Shown piece after piece: positions 1 through 8,564 of a DNA stretch of 35,065 nt. Made by a program: the position numbers and the translations under genes. Location of the stretch: contig CAZKKM010000003.1 of assembly GCA_964553435.1 (NCBI GenBank), positions 1 through 35,065 of the forward strand, in the 5' to 3' direction. How positions within the stretch are numbered: the stretch's first letter is position 1; every line of letters starts with the position of its first letter. The DNA is from an uncultured Muribaculaceae bacterium (GTDB lineage Bacteria > Bacillota_I > Bacilli_A > RF39 > UBA660). Under the pieces are notes generated by a model, which was given only the letters and a program-made list of their open reading frames with translations, did not search any database and was not told the origin of the DNA.

Positions 1-543
1 GTTGTATCTGCAGGTATAAAAGATACTTTAATCTATTCGAGGGAATATTATGAGAATGGCAACCAAATAAAAAAAGAAGATGTTTTTAATGAAGACATTA
101 TCAAACGAACTTTTACTGTGGCAAATTTCGATATCATCGCAGGTTCCGATGACAAAGATTATCTCATCGCTTACTACACAGGCCCCCTCGAAAGTTCCTT
201 AAAAATCTTTGCTGACGACATGACATTGATATCTAAAGACTTAGTCAAACCGGATCCGGTCCACGAAGGATTTGTAATTTCATATTTTTACAACAACATT
301 TGTGAATTGGAAAACGGCAATCCGTTCTATCCAAACACATTCGATTCGGATAATAGCAAAAAAATACATGTCAAAAAAGAGAAAGATAAAATCTACTTTT
401 TGGCACCAGTTTTAAATGCCGATTTCTCAGGAAACGACTTTGGAACTTTAGAAGAACGAGTTTATACAGTCCGTGATAATAAGCTAGAATACGACGTCAT
501 AAATAAATATAAGATTAAAAATGTCTGTCAACAAGCATGGTAA
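1..543 (+). CDS. hypothetical protein, 3' part; the true start is probably upstream of the window
   Basis: Frame 1 has no stop codon from nt 1 to the TAA at 541-543. The ORF track starts at an internal GTG (118) only because the 5' end is cut off. I recognise no motif. Confidence 0.5.
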   Translation, partial: VVSAGIKDTLIYSREYYENGNQIKKEDVFNEDIIKRTFTVANFDIIAGSDDKDYLIAYYTGPLESSLKIFADDMTLISKDLVKPDPVHEGFVISYFYNNICELENGNPFYPNTFDSDNSKKIHVKKEKDKIYFLAPVLNADFSGNDFGTLEERVYTVRDNKLEYDVINKYKIKNVCQQAW

Positions 544-568
544 AATAAAGTGATTCCTTTTATCTTTC

Positions 569-597
569 TTGCAAATCATCGATACATTTTATATAAT
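569..597 (+). promoter_or_regulatory. sigma-70/SigA-type promoter for the LRR surface-protein gene
   Basis: TTGCAA (569-574), a 17-nt spacer, then TATAAT (592-597). The -10 box overlaps the track's start at 597, which argues against that start. Confidence 0.55.
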
Positions 598-626
598 TGT
601 ATCAAGATAGACGAGGAGAAAAAGAT

Positions 627-2501
627 ATGAAAGTAGACACTAAACACACGTTCAAGGAAAGGGTCTTTAAGAACAGTAACTCTCAAAACAAAAGAGTCAC
701 TTTTTTGTTATTGATAGTCACCATAATACTGGTAGCAACAGGTGTTTCCTATGCCATGCTGCCGACAGATAATTTGAGAAACGAGCCCGTCGATGCCTTA
801 GCTTCTACCGCGACGATCAAACTCAGATACACCGATTGCACCAATGAAGATGCTATTACCTGTGGAGATATATCCGCGAATCTCGCTCCAGGCGATTCCA
901 TATCCAAAGAATTCTCCGTGACGAACGTCGGCACCAAAGATACGACTTACGATATATACTTTAGAGAACTTTATAATACTTTCGAAAACGACGATTTAGT
1001 ATATACACTCGAAGACGTGACGAACAACAAAGTCATCGTTTCTTCCAAAGCAGTACCGAAAGGAACCAAGACAAATAAAATTATTGAGAAAGATATTCTG
1101 TCGCCTGTAGGAAGTACGACCAAATACAAGCTGACTGTAACCTTCCTGAATAGAGATTACGATCAGAGTATAAATCTGGGAGCTGAATTCAGTTTGAAAC
1201 TGAAAATAGGAGGGCCGGAATCGCGACCTCAAAATACTATGATGAGTAGAGCGACAGGTGAAGGTGAGGACATAAAGATATCTGAAGAAGGTTTTTGGTC
1301 GCATTATGCCAATATAAAGAGAATAGTTTTCGAAAATACATTGAGTCCAAAAGTGGATGCTACATACACTTATGACTTGTCTGACAGTACATTAAGTGCC
1401 GGAAGAGTGATGGCCTATTTGGTTCCCGATGAAATCGACGACACCATGTATACAGCATATATCCAAGGAAAAGGTGGAGTCGCAGCTCCTGGTAATTCGA
1501 CATATTTATTTGCTAACTTTGAAATTTTAGATTCTATTGAGAATTTAGAATATTTCGATACGAGCGAAGTTACTAATATGATGGGGATGTTCGCTTCTTG
1601 TATCAATCTCACAACTTTGAATGTCAGTAACTTCGACACAAGCAATGTCATCGATATGTCATGGATGTTCGATGTTTGTAACAGTCTTATAACTTTAGAC
1701 GTCAGTAATTTCGATACGAGTAATGTTACAAATATGAGTTCTATGTTCTATGGTTGTAACAGTATCACATCTTTGGATGTTAGTAATTTCGATACGAGCA
1801 ATGTCACCAGCATGAATTCTATGTTCGGGGATTGCAGCTACCTTACAACATTAGATGTCAGCAAATTCAATACGAGCAAAGTTACCGATATGTCATGGAT
1901 GTTCTCTGGTTGTAACGAGCTTACATTATTGGATTTGAACAATTTTGACACGAGCAAAGTTACCGATATGTCACACATGTTCTTCTTTTGCAAAAATCTT
2001 ACATTATTGGATTTGAAAAATTTCAATACGAGTAATGTCACTGATATGTCATTTTTGTTCGGTGCTTGTAGTAGTCTAACAACTTTGGATTTGAGCAACT
2101 TCGATACGAGTAAAGTTATAAATATGAGTTCTATATTCTGCGATTGTGTCAATCTTACAACATTAGACTTGAGCAGTTTCAACACCAATAATGCCACTAA
2201 TATGAGTTATATGTTCTTTAATTGCAACAGTCTTACGACTTTAGATTTGAGTAACTTCGACACGAGCAACGTCACCGATTTGTCACGAATGTTCTATGAA
2301 AGTAATAAATTAAATACAACTATAACGATAATGGGAACAAAATGTAGTAATTATTATTTAATGTTTACTAATGCTGCTATAGAAGAGGGAGCACAAATAG
2401 TAGTCAAGTATACCTCCGATGCTTCCGACTTGGTTGATAAGATGATTGCAACTAAATCCGACAATTCGAATGTAATAAAAGCAAGTCAACCGGAATTGTA
2501 A
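627..2501 (+). CDS. BspA-like / DUF285-type leucine-rich-repeat surface protein with an N-terminal membrane anchor or signal and a TasA/camelysin-like beta-sandwich region
   Basis: ATG at 627 follows GAGGAG (613-618). An N-terminal hydrophobic segment reads FLLLIVTIILVATGVSYA. The region 'LAPGDSISKEFSVTNVGTKD' resembles the TasA/camelysin-type PGD...N.G motif. Ten tandem 26-aa units have the consensus L(D/N)(V/L)SNFDTSNVT.MS.MF..C..LT.L, the signature of the Mycoplasma-type DUF285/BspA LRR family. Confidence 0.85.
   Translation: MKVDTKHTFKERVFKNSNSQNKRVTFLLLIVTIILVATGVSYAMLPTDNLRNEPVDALASTATIKLRYTDCTNEDAITCGDISANLAPGDSISKEFSVTNVGTKDTTYDIYFRELYNTFENDDLVYTLEDVTNNKVIVSSKAVPKGTKTNKIIEKDILSPVGSTTKYKLTVTFLNRDYDQSINLGAEFSLKLKIGGPESRPQNTMMSRATGEGEDIKISEEGFWSHYANIKRIVFENTLSPKVDATYTYDLSDSTLSAGRVMAYLVPDEIDDTMYTAYIQGKGGVAAPGNSTYLFANFEILDSIENLEYFDTSEVTNMMGMFASCINLTTLNVSNFDTSNVIDMSWMFDVCNSLITLDVSNFDTSNVTNMSSMFYGCNSITSLDVSNFDTSNVTSMNSMFGDCSYLTTLDVSKFNTSKVTDMSWMFSGCNELTLLDLNNFDTSKVTDMSHMFFFCKNLTLLDLKNFNTSNVTDMSFLFGACSSLTTLDLSNFDTSKVINMSSIFCDCVNLTTLDLSSFNTNNATNMSYMFFNCNSLTTLDLSNFDTSNVTDLSRMFYESNKLNTTITIMGTKCSNYYLMFTNAAIEEGAQIVVKYTSDASDLVDKMIATKSDNSNVIKASQPEL
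1530..2330 (+). repeat. 10 tandem in-frame 78-nt (26-aa) coding repeats inside the LRR gene
   Basis: The (N/K/Y)F(D/N)TS codon blocks recur at 1551, 1629, 1707, 1785, 1863 ... 2253, exactly 78 nt apart. The units are diverged at the nucleotide level. Confidence 0.9.
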
Positions 2502-2550
2502 GACATACAAAAAAAAATATTTAAACTGATAAACTAGTGAAAATTTTTAA

Positions 2551-2582
2551 CCATGGATATTACAAAAAATCTATGGCTTTTT
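2551..2582 (+). terminator. rho-independent terminator after the LRR gene
   Basis: The stem pairs ccatggat (2551-2558) with atctatgg (2569-2576): 8 bp including one G-U pair. The loop is 10 nt and cTTTTT follows. Confidence 0.5.
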
Positions 2583-2709
2583 AAATTAAGTAATTTTTGA
2601 CGATTTATCTTAAGAACCGAAAGTTTTCTATAGCAGACTGAAATCGGTTTTTCTTTACTTTTATTGGCATTTATTATATAATGCATTTTAGAGTAGGTGA
2701 TAATATAAT

Positions 2710-3066
2710 ATGGACAAAAACAGAGAAGTGCTCGCACATTGCCCACATTTTTATACTATAATAAATTTCGAATATTACAGTGACGACCTCGTGTCCGAAA
2801 AACTCATAGATATATATGAACGTTTCATTTTCGGCATCGACCTTGCCGATACCGAAAGTGTCGCACGCATCGAAAAACTCGACACAGTCCTCTTCAAATA
2901 TATAAACGACTACTGTTTTAGAGAACAAGTCAAAGCCGACATGATGACGATAAAAGTTCGTCGTGGAGACAATATTTTGGAAACCATCGTGAATGCCATA
3001 TTGAAACTTTTCGATTCTTACGAACTGATGGCTACGAGAAAAATCAACATAACTAGGTGGATTTGA
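2710..3066 (+). CDS. hypothetical small cytoplasmic protein
   Basis: 118-aa ORF with AGGTGA about 10 nt upstream of the ATG. It has no TM segment and no motif I recognise. Its stop lies 2 nt before the next start, so the two are probably co-translated. Confidence 0.55.
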   Translation: MDKNREVLAHCPHFYTIINFEYYSDDLVSEKLIDIYERFIFGIDLADTESVARIEKLDTVLFKYINDYCFREQVKADMMTIKVRRGDNILETIVNAILKLFDSYELMATRKINITRWI

Positions 3067-3067
3067 T

Positions 3068-3994
3068 ATGGATGAAGATTTTAAAGACGTGACAACTTCG
3101 AGTCATCACATCGCCATCATCTTTTTTCTCCTCATAATTTTGCTCGTCATCGCCGGATACTTCTTCGTCTTCAAGCCGACTCATTTTTCCCTAAGGAGTG
3201 TATCGCTCGAATTGGGAGAACAAATGTCCGAAGATGTAAAGGATTATCTAAATAAGTTCGGTGGTTCCATAGTCGACTATAAGATAAACTTGAGCGGAGT
3301 GGACCCAGATGCCGTCGGAGAATACACCTATACCGTGACAAATGGTAAAATCACCAAAAAGGGAAAGATTGAAGTCGTCGATACTCGTCCTCCTGAGTTT
3401 ACCACTCGCGAATTGGTCATCGAAGAGGGCAGTACCGAATACTTTTTGGGAGATTTCCTTGCTACCTGTGAAGACAACTCAAAACCTTGTCTAGTTTCAC
3501 TAAAAAACAAATCGGACGATTCCAAGTTTTCCAAAGTGGGAGAATACGATATAGATATAGAAGTCGCCGATGTCTATGGCAATAAAAAAGAAGCAAAGGC
3601 ACACTTGAAAGTCGTCGAAGAGGGAACTTATACCGACCCACGCACTCTCGACTTGGAATATGTAACTTCGTCGAAAAAAGGCAGTACCTTCGATGGAATC
3701 ATCTACAAGACACTCGAACAAGCTATCGATCCGCAAAGCGACAAAGCGCGCGAAGTGATAAGTAATATAAGTACGGTCGATTTAGCGAACTATGTCCAAG
3801 AGAACTATCCTGGTTATCGCATCGTCGCTTCTGAGATAATCGAACTCTATAACAAGAGCAACTTCATTACGGGCTTTGCTATCGAACTCGATATCACGAA
3901 TGGCAACGAAAAGACCATCTATGTCGATCCTACAAAAGTTATGGAAAAGGCACCTACATCTGCCGAAGACGATGAACAACAAAAAGAAGAATAG
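3068..3994 (+). CDS. membrane-anchored protein with a probable Ig-like (DUF5011/HYR-like) ectodomain
   Basis: AGGTGG lies upstream. There is one TM segment (IAIIFFLLIILLVIAGYFFVF). The segment 'VVDTRPPEF...GEYDIDIEVADVYGNKKEAKAHLKVVE' is typical of bacterial Ig-like surface domains. The C-terminal tail is acidic. Confidence 0.6.
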   Translation: MDEDFKDVTTSSHHIAIIFFLLIILLVIAGYFFVFKPTHFSLRSVSLELGEQMSEDVKDYLNKFGGSIVDYKINLSGVDPDAVGEYTYTVTNGKITKKGKIEVVDTRPPEFTTRELVIEEGSTEYFLGDFLATCEDNSKPCLVSLKNKSDDSKFSKVGEYDIDIEVADVYGNKKEAKAHLKVVEEGTYTDPRTLDLEYVTSSKKGSTFDGIIYKTLEQAIDPQSDKAREVISNISTVDLANYVQENYPGYRIVASEIIELYNKSNFITGFAIELDITNGNEKTIYVDPTKVMEKAPTSAEDDEQQKEE

Positions 3995-4035
3995 AGAACT
4001 GCACACAAATATTTACATAAAATTTACTATTATGT

Positions 4036-4064
4036 TTGACAATCTCAGTCGATTACGATAAAAT
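4036..4064 (+). promoter_or_regulatory. near-consensus SigA-type promoter for pilin-like gene 1
   Basis: TTGACA (4036-4041), a 17-nt spacer, then TAAAAT (4059-4064). The -10 box overlaps the track's TTG start at 4064, which favours the ATG at 4100. Confidence 0.6.
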
Positions 4065-4099
4065 TGATTTATAAAGTTAAGAAAGAGAGAGATGTTTTT

Positions 4100-4477
4100 A
4101 TGAACGATTTGATACTTTTTGCAGCAGGAAGTGGCGATTTCTGCAGAAATACTCACGAAATACTCGGCCTGGTCGGATGGGCACTTACGATATTTAAGGT
4201 CGTAATTCCGCTCATCATCATCGCCTTGGGATTGATCGATTTGGGTAAAGCAGCTGTTTCCAGCAAGCCTGAGGAAATCAAGAAGAGTGCTACTAGCCTC
4301 GTATACAGATTGGCCGGAGGTATTTTGATATTCTTTATTCCGACAATCATCATGTTGGTTTTCGGATTTGTCGGAAGATTTGGAGATGCACAAAACCAAC
4401 TCGACTGGGATGTCTGCTATAAATGTATCACGGCGCCTTGGGATGGCATATGTGCCAACGCAAAGAGCGATTATTAA
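4100..4477 (+). CDS. VirB2/TrbC-like (pilin-like) small membrane protein, paralog 1
   Basis: 125 aa. It has two hydrophobic helices (FKVVIPLIIIALGLIDLG and GGILIFFIPTIIMLVFGFV) separated by a short K-rich loop (SSKPEEIKKS), which is the VirB2/TrbC pilin architecture. The C-terminal tail carries CYKC-x8-C. It is paralogous to 4551-4931, 10635-11141 and the C-terminus of 5001-6197. Confidence 0.65.
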   Translation: MNDLILFAAGSGDFCRNTHEILGLVGWALTIFKVVIPLIIIALGLIDLGKAAVSSKPEEIKKSATSLVYRLAGGILIFFIPTIIMLVFGFVGRFGDAQNQLDWDVCYKCITAPWDGICANAKSDY

Positions 4478-4480
4478 CGT

Positions 4481-4509
4481 TTGACAAAATTTATGTAAAT
4501 AAGTATACT
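4481..4509 (+). promoter_or_regulatory. near-consensus SigA-type promoter for pilin-like gene 2
   Basis: TTGACA (4481-4486), a 17-nt spacer, then TATACT (4504-4509). It overlaps the track's TTG start at 4509. Confidence 0.6.
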
Positions 4510-4550
4510 TGAAATATAGTATACTTTTTATATGGAAAGGATGGTGTCGT

Positions 4551-4931
4551 ATGATATCGCTCGCCGTGAACAATTTTTGTCTCGAATTATCTCCCGTCTT
4601 GAAGATGATAGGAGATGCTCTGAACATCTTCAAAGTGACTCTTCCTCTCGTACTCATCATTCTTTGCATCTTCGACATCGGCAAGGCCGTGATTTCGTCC
4701 AAATCTTCCGACGTCAAAAAGAACATTGTAAACTGCGCCAAAAAACTGGCCGTATGCGTTCTTGTCTTCTTCATTCCGACGATATGTATGATCGTCTTCG
4801 GATTCGTCGATGCCTTCGACGAAATAACAAAAAAATCCGGACTCGACTTCGATGTCTGCTACGACTGCATGTTCAATTCATCGGGAGAAAATTGCAAATC
4901 AGCTGTCGAAATCGCCGAACTCACTTATTGA
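4551..4931 (+). CDS. VirB2/TrbC-like (pilin-like) small membrane protein, paralog 2
   Basis: ATG at 4551 follows GGAAAGGATGG. It has the same two-helix plus basic-loop layout (FKVTLPLVLIILCIFDIGKAVISSKSSDVKK...VLVFFIPTICMIVFGFV) and a C-terminal CYDC-x8-C. Confidence 0.65.
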   Translation: MISLAVNNFCLELSPVLKMIGDALNIFKVTLPLVLIILCIFDIGKAVISSKSSDVKKNIVNCAKKLAVCVLVFFIPTICMIVFGFVDAFDEITKKSGLDFDVCYDCMFNSSGENCKSAVEIAELTY

Positions 4932-4951
4932 AAATGTGAGAACAAAATTTA

Positions 4952-4980
4952 TTGTCTTTGCCCGCATAACATAGTATAAT
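4952..4980 (+). promoter_or_regulatory. possible SigA-type promoter
   Basis: TTGTCT (4952-4957), a 17-nt spacer, then TATAAT (4975-4980). The leader to the ATG at 5001 would be short and has a weak RBS. Confidence 0.4.
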
Positions 4981-5000
4981 TGAAGTAGAGTTGATGAAAA

Positions 5001-6197
5001 ATGAAAAACATTCTTAAAAAGACCCTTTTATTCGTGACGATTTTTACGTTCGGACTCGCCTCAGTCGAAGCCTACGACGTCGGTGGCACGAAAACTGTCG
5101 ATGATATGGTCGATAGCAAAACAGCCGTTTTGGTTTGTGAATATGCCAACAGCAGCGGAACCGTCTTCAATAGGATTTATTATATGTTCGAAAGTTCGGA
5201 CGGTTCTTGGACACCTGGACCGTGGGATGTCTATTATCGCAAAGGTGAAAAAAAGAACGACTTCTATCATATCGCGAATGCTTTCACCGGTGATATCATC
5301 TCGCGCGGTAGCTTCTACGAAGCACTCCAAAGGGATCAGGTCAGCTACAATTCTGACGAAAACCGCATGCCTAACGAAATGGAAGCTGTTTTCACATGTC
5401 CGACATATGCCTTCACCGACTTGGACAACTTCGATGAAATTTGCTACGGAGACAATCAAAGTTGTGGAGACAACTTCGAGTATGGTCCGTTTACACTTAC
5501 CAAGAATGGCAACACCATATTTGAAAAAATTGACAACTATATAGTCGCCTTGTTGGACAACGACGAATTCGTAAGCGCTATTAGAAACAAGACGGACATA
5601 ACGAACACACTCCGCCAAAGGGCGAGGAATTATGTCATCACGACTTGGCCACTAAGTTCGAATTACAAGATGCCGGCCTTCATCGATAACTATCTCAATA
5701 ACTTAGCTGTCGATGAAAACAATCCCAAATTGGCTGAAAGTTTCAACACTCTAAAACAAAAAGCCGTACAAGCTGTCGAAAATGAAGTGCGAATGGGTGT
5801 AAAAACCGAAGAAGAAGCGACACAAGAAAAAGCCGAAATCGAACAGTTGGAAGTGAAAGACATCATCAAAGTCAAAAGTGAAATGTCGGCCGATTTGAAC
5901 ATAAACAGCGGGACCGACTGCAATAGCATTTTGGGACAACAGATGAGCGAAATCGTCAAGAATCTATTCACCTTTATTCAATATTTGGGACCTATATTAG
6001 TCGCCGTTTTCTCGATAATGGACTTCATCAAAGCCGCCGCATCGGGAGACGAAGGACAAATGAAAAAAGCATCGGAAAAACTCATGAAGAGAATAATATG
6101 TGGAATACTTTTATTCTTCGTCCCATTGATTTGTAGTTTCCTCATGGATTTGGGTGGACTGACGATGCCCGACATCTGTATAAGACAGAAAAGATAA
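5001..6197 (+). CDS. secreted protein with a C-terminal VirB2-like pilin module (fusion)
   Basis: The signal peptide is MKNILKKTLLFVTIFTFGLASVEA|YD. A Cys-containing domain of about 250 aa and a Glu/Lys-rich linker follow. The C-terminus (IQYLGPILVAVFSIMDFIKAAASGDEGQMKKASEKLMKRIICGILLFFVPLICSFL) aligns with the three small pilin-like proteins. Confidence 0.7.
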   Translation: MKNILKKTLLFVTIFTFGLASVEAYDVGGTKTVDDMVDSKTAVLVCEYANSSGTVFNRIYYMFESSDGSWTPGPWDVYYRKGEKKNDFYHIANAFTGDIISRGSFYEALQRDQVSYNSDENRMPNEMEAVFTCPTYAFTDLDNFDEICYGDNQSCGDNFEYGPFTLTKNGNTIFEKIDNYIVALLDNDEFVSAIRNKTDITNTLRQRARNYVITTWPLSSNYKMPAFIDNYLNNLAVDENNPKLAESFNTLKQKAVQAVENEVRMGVKTEEEATQEKAEIEQLEVKDIIKVKSEMSADLNINSGTDCNSILGQQMSEIVKNLFTFIQYLGPILVAVFSIMDFIKAAASGDEGQMKKASEKLMKRIICGILLFFVPLICSFLMDLGGLTMPDICIRQKR

Positions 6198-6229
6198 AAA
6201 TTAGCTGCTTTGTCCGCTAATTTTTTTTT
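6196..6229 (+). terminator. rho-independent terminator
   Basis: The stem pairs aaaaattagc (6196-6205) with gctaattttt (6216-6225), the loop is 10 nt, and the T-run continues to 6229. Confidence 0.7.
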
Positions 6230-6292
6230 GGCTTATTTTTTTCTCTCGCACATATACTTTAGTGAATTGCCGTAAGAAAAGAGGATAAATTC

Positions 6293-6862
6293 ATGCTATA
6301 TAAAATCGTTCGTCCATTTGTCAAACTTTTCGTGAGGCTCTGCTTTCATCCCAAAATAATAAATGCAGAAAATATCCCTCCGTCTGGTCCAGTAATTCTT
6401 GCTGGCAACCACACGAGTAATTTCGATGCTTTACTTCTCATGTCGACGACGAAGCGACCGATATCGTTCTTGGGAAAACACACACTTCCGCGTTTCTTCG
6501 TAAAATATCTTCGTGTCATTCCTGTCGACCGCACGAAATCTCGCAATCCAGAAGCATTGAGGCTTGCTCGCAATGTTCTAAAAGGAGATAACATCGTCGG
6601 GATTTTTCCCGAAGGAACGATCAACAGAACTGCCGAATTGACGATGCCTTTCAAGATGGGTGCAGTATCTCTAGCGGCCAAAAACTCGGTGCCTTTAGTT
6701 CCTTTCATCATTACCGGGAAATACGCATTATTTAAAGGAAATTTGAAGATAAAATTCCTACCTCCTCGGCAAATTATGAAAGACGACATTCAATACGAAA
6801 ATGCCCGCCTCATGGCCGACATTGGAAGTAACATAGAAAGGGAAAAGAATGAAAACAACTAA
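6293..6862 (+). CDS. PlsC-family (lysophospholipid/1-acyl-glycerol-3-phosphate) acyltransferase
   Basis: AAGAGGA RBS. LPLAT motifs are present: block I AGNHTSNFD (HX4D), VIPVDR, and FPEGT. 189 aa. Confidence 0.8.
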   Translation: MLYKIVRPFVKLFVRLCFHPKIINAENIPPSGPVILAGNHTSNFDALLLMSTTKRPISFLGKHTLPRFFVKYLRVIPVDRTKSRNPEALRLARNVLKGDNIVGIFPEGTINRTAELTMPFKMGAVSLAAKNSVPLVPFIITGKYALFKGNLKIKFLPPRQIMKDDIQYENARLMADIGSNIEREKNENN

Positions 6863-8564
6863 ATCTTTTGATTGGTCATCGAAAAAGAAAACCGATTCGC
6901 TGAAAATTTCTGCCGCATCTATGTACGATTATCTCGTCGATGCAGTAGGGGATGACACCGACTATTTTGCACTCAACTATTTTGGTAATCGCATCACTTA
7001 CTCGAAGATGTTCAGAACCATAAATCTTCTATCCAAATGTCTTAAAGAATCTGGTATAAAAAAAGGAGACATCGTGACTGTCTGTCTTCCGAATATGCCT
7101 GTAGCGGTAGAACTTTTCTATGCTATAAACAAAATAGGGGCCGTCGTCGACATGGTTCATCCTCTATCATCTCCGGCCGAACTGAAGAACTTTCTTCAAA
7201 AAAACCACTCGCATATTTTGTTTCTTTACGATGCAAACTATGAAAAAATATCTAAAATTATCTCTTCGACCGACGTCAACAAAGTCATCCTCATTTCTGT
7301 TTCGGAGGATATGCCCAAACTTACGAAGACGATATACAATCTTACTAAAGGCTTACGTCTATTAAAATCTCCCAAAGAAGATGCGACTTATATCATGTGG
7401 AAAGACTTTGTAAATCTCGGTTACTCGGTGCGAAACTTCAAGTCGCCTAAGATATCCAAAGACGACATCGCCGTCATCCTTCACAGCGGAGGAACTACAG
7501 GCACACCAAAAGGAATAATGCTTACCAATTATAACTTCAATGCTCTCGCCGTACAGGGAGCTGTGAACGTACAAAACGTCGAAGCCAAAGACAAGATTTT
7601 GACAATTCTGCCACTTTTTCATGGATTCGGCTTGGGTGTATGTGTCCATTGTCCTCTGACTCTAAAAGTAGAGGTCATTCTTCATCCCGAATTCACTCCC
7701 AAAAGTTTTGCTTCCATACTGAAAAAGTACACCCCTCAAGTTCTAGCTGGAGTTCCAACTCTATTCGAATCGATGCTCGCAAATCCCATCTTCTCCAAAA
7801 TAGATTTATCTTCGTTAAAATACATGATAAGCGGAGGAGACAATTTGCCTGTCGAACTCGAACATAAAATTAATTCTTTCCTTCAAAGACATTCTGCCCA
7901 AATAAAATTGACAAAAGGATACGGTATGACAGAAAGCCTCGCCGCGACCATCTTCACATTTCCAGACTCTAACAAACCGGGTTCGATAGGTACTCCCATG
8001 CTCGGCAATACAGTTCGCATATGTCGGTTAGGTACGAACGAAGAGGTGTATGCTAAAACGGTCGGAGAAATATGCGTCCATGGTCCGACGATCATGAAAG
8101 GTTACTATGATGAAGAAAAGGAAACGGCCAAAATCTTACATCTTCACGACGACAAAAAAATATATCTCCACACTGGCGATTTGGGATACGAAGACGAAAG
8201 AGGACTAATTTATTTCACCGGTCGCCTCAAGCGCCTCATCGTCTCGAGCGGTTTCAACATCTATCCCGCTCAGATCGAAGAAGTTTTGATGAAACATAAA
8301 AATGTCTCTTCTTGCTGTGTCATCGGCATCCCTCATCCTTACAAAATGCAAGTTGCCAAAGCATATGTCGTTTTAAAAGACGGTCGACCGACCGATAAAC
8401 TTAGAGCTGAGCTGCGACTTCTTTGCAAAGAAGAACTGGCCTCGTACTCACAACCCAAAGAATATGAATTTGTCGAAAGTTTGCCGAAGACCATTTACAA
8501 TAAAACGGATTATAAAAAACTAGAAGAAGAGGAGAAACGAAAATATGAAGAAAGAAAAAAGTAG
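6849..8564 (+). CDS. AMP-dependent acyl-CoA/acyl-ACP synthetase (long-chain fatty-acid ligase family)
   Basis: Adenylate-forming motifs are present: HSGGTTGTPKG (A3), GYGMTES (A5), TGDLGY (A7) and GRLKRLIV (A8). It overlaps the upstream gene by 14 nt. Confidence 0.85.
   Translation: MKTTKSFDWSSKKKTDSLKISAASMYDYLVDAVGDDTDYFALNYFGNRITYSKMFRTINLLSKCLKESGIKKGDIVTVCLPNMPVAVELFYAINKIGAVVDMVHPLSSPAELKNFLQKNHSHILFLYDANYEKISKIISSTDVNKVILISVSEDMPKLTKTIYNLTKGLRLLKSPKEDATYIMWKDFVNLGYSVRNFKSPKISKDDIAVILHSGGTTGTPKGIMLTNYNFNALAVQGAVNVQNVEAKDKILTILPLFHGFGLGVCVHCPLTLKVEVILHPEFTPKSFASILKKYTPQVLAGVPTLFESMLANPIFSKIDLSSLKYMISGGDNLPVELEHKINSFLQRHSAQIKLTKGYGMTESLAATIFTFPDSNKPGSIGTPMLGNTVRICRLGTNEEVYAKTVGEICVHGPTIMKGYYDEEKETAKILHLHDDKKIYLHTGDLGYEDERGLIYFTGRLKRLIVSSGFNIYPAQIEEVLMKHKNVSSCCVIGIPHPYKMQVAKAYVVLKDGRPTDKLRAELRLLCKEELASYSQPKEYEFVESLPKTIYNKTDYKKLEEEEKRKYEERKK

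Noticed and set aside
597-626. Upstream-extended start codons offered by the ORF track (597, 4064, 4509, 10566, 21465)
   Set aside because: Each extension overlaps or lies upstream of a predicted -10 box and lacks an RBS. An in-frame ATG with a good Shine-Dalgarno follows in each case (627, 4100, 4551, 10635, 21531) and gives a sensible N-terminus.
1530-2330. Regularly spaced 78-nt repeats considered as a possible CRISPR-like or non-coding array
   Set aside because: The repeats are in-frame and continuous, with no unique spacers. They encode the 26-aa LRR unit of a DUF285/BspA-type protein.
4013-4774. 253-aa minus-strand ORF, the longest antisense ORF in the window, spanning both small pilin-like genes
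   Set aside because: It overlaps two + strand genes that have promoters, RBSs and mutually conserved paralogous sequences. It has no RBS or promoter context and a patchy, low-complexity composition. I treat it as an antisense shadow ORF.
4532-4939. 135-aa + strand ORF in an alternative frame over pilin-like gene 2 (Arg-rich)
   Set aside because: It lies out of frame with a gene whose product is clearly paralogous to three others. The Arg/Ser/Leu-rich composition is typical of an off-frame translation.
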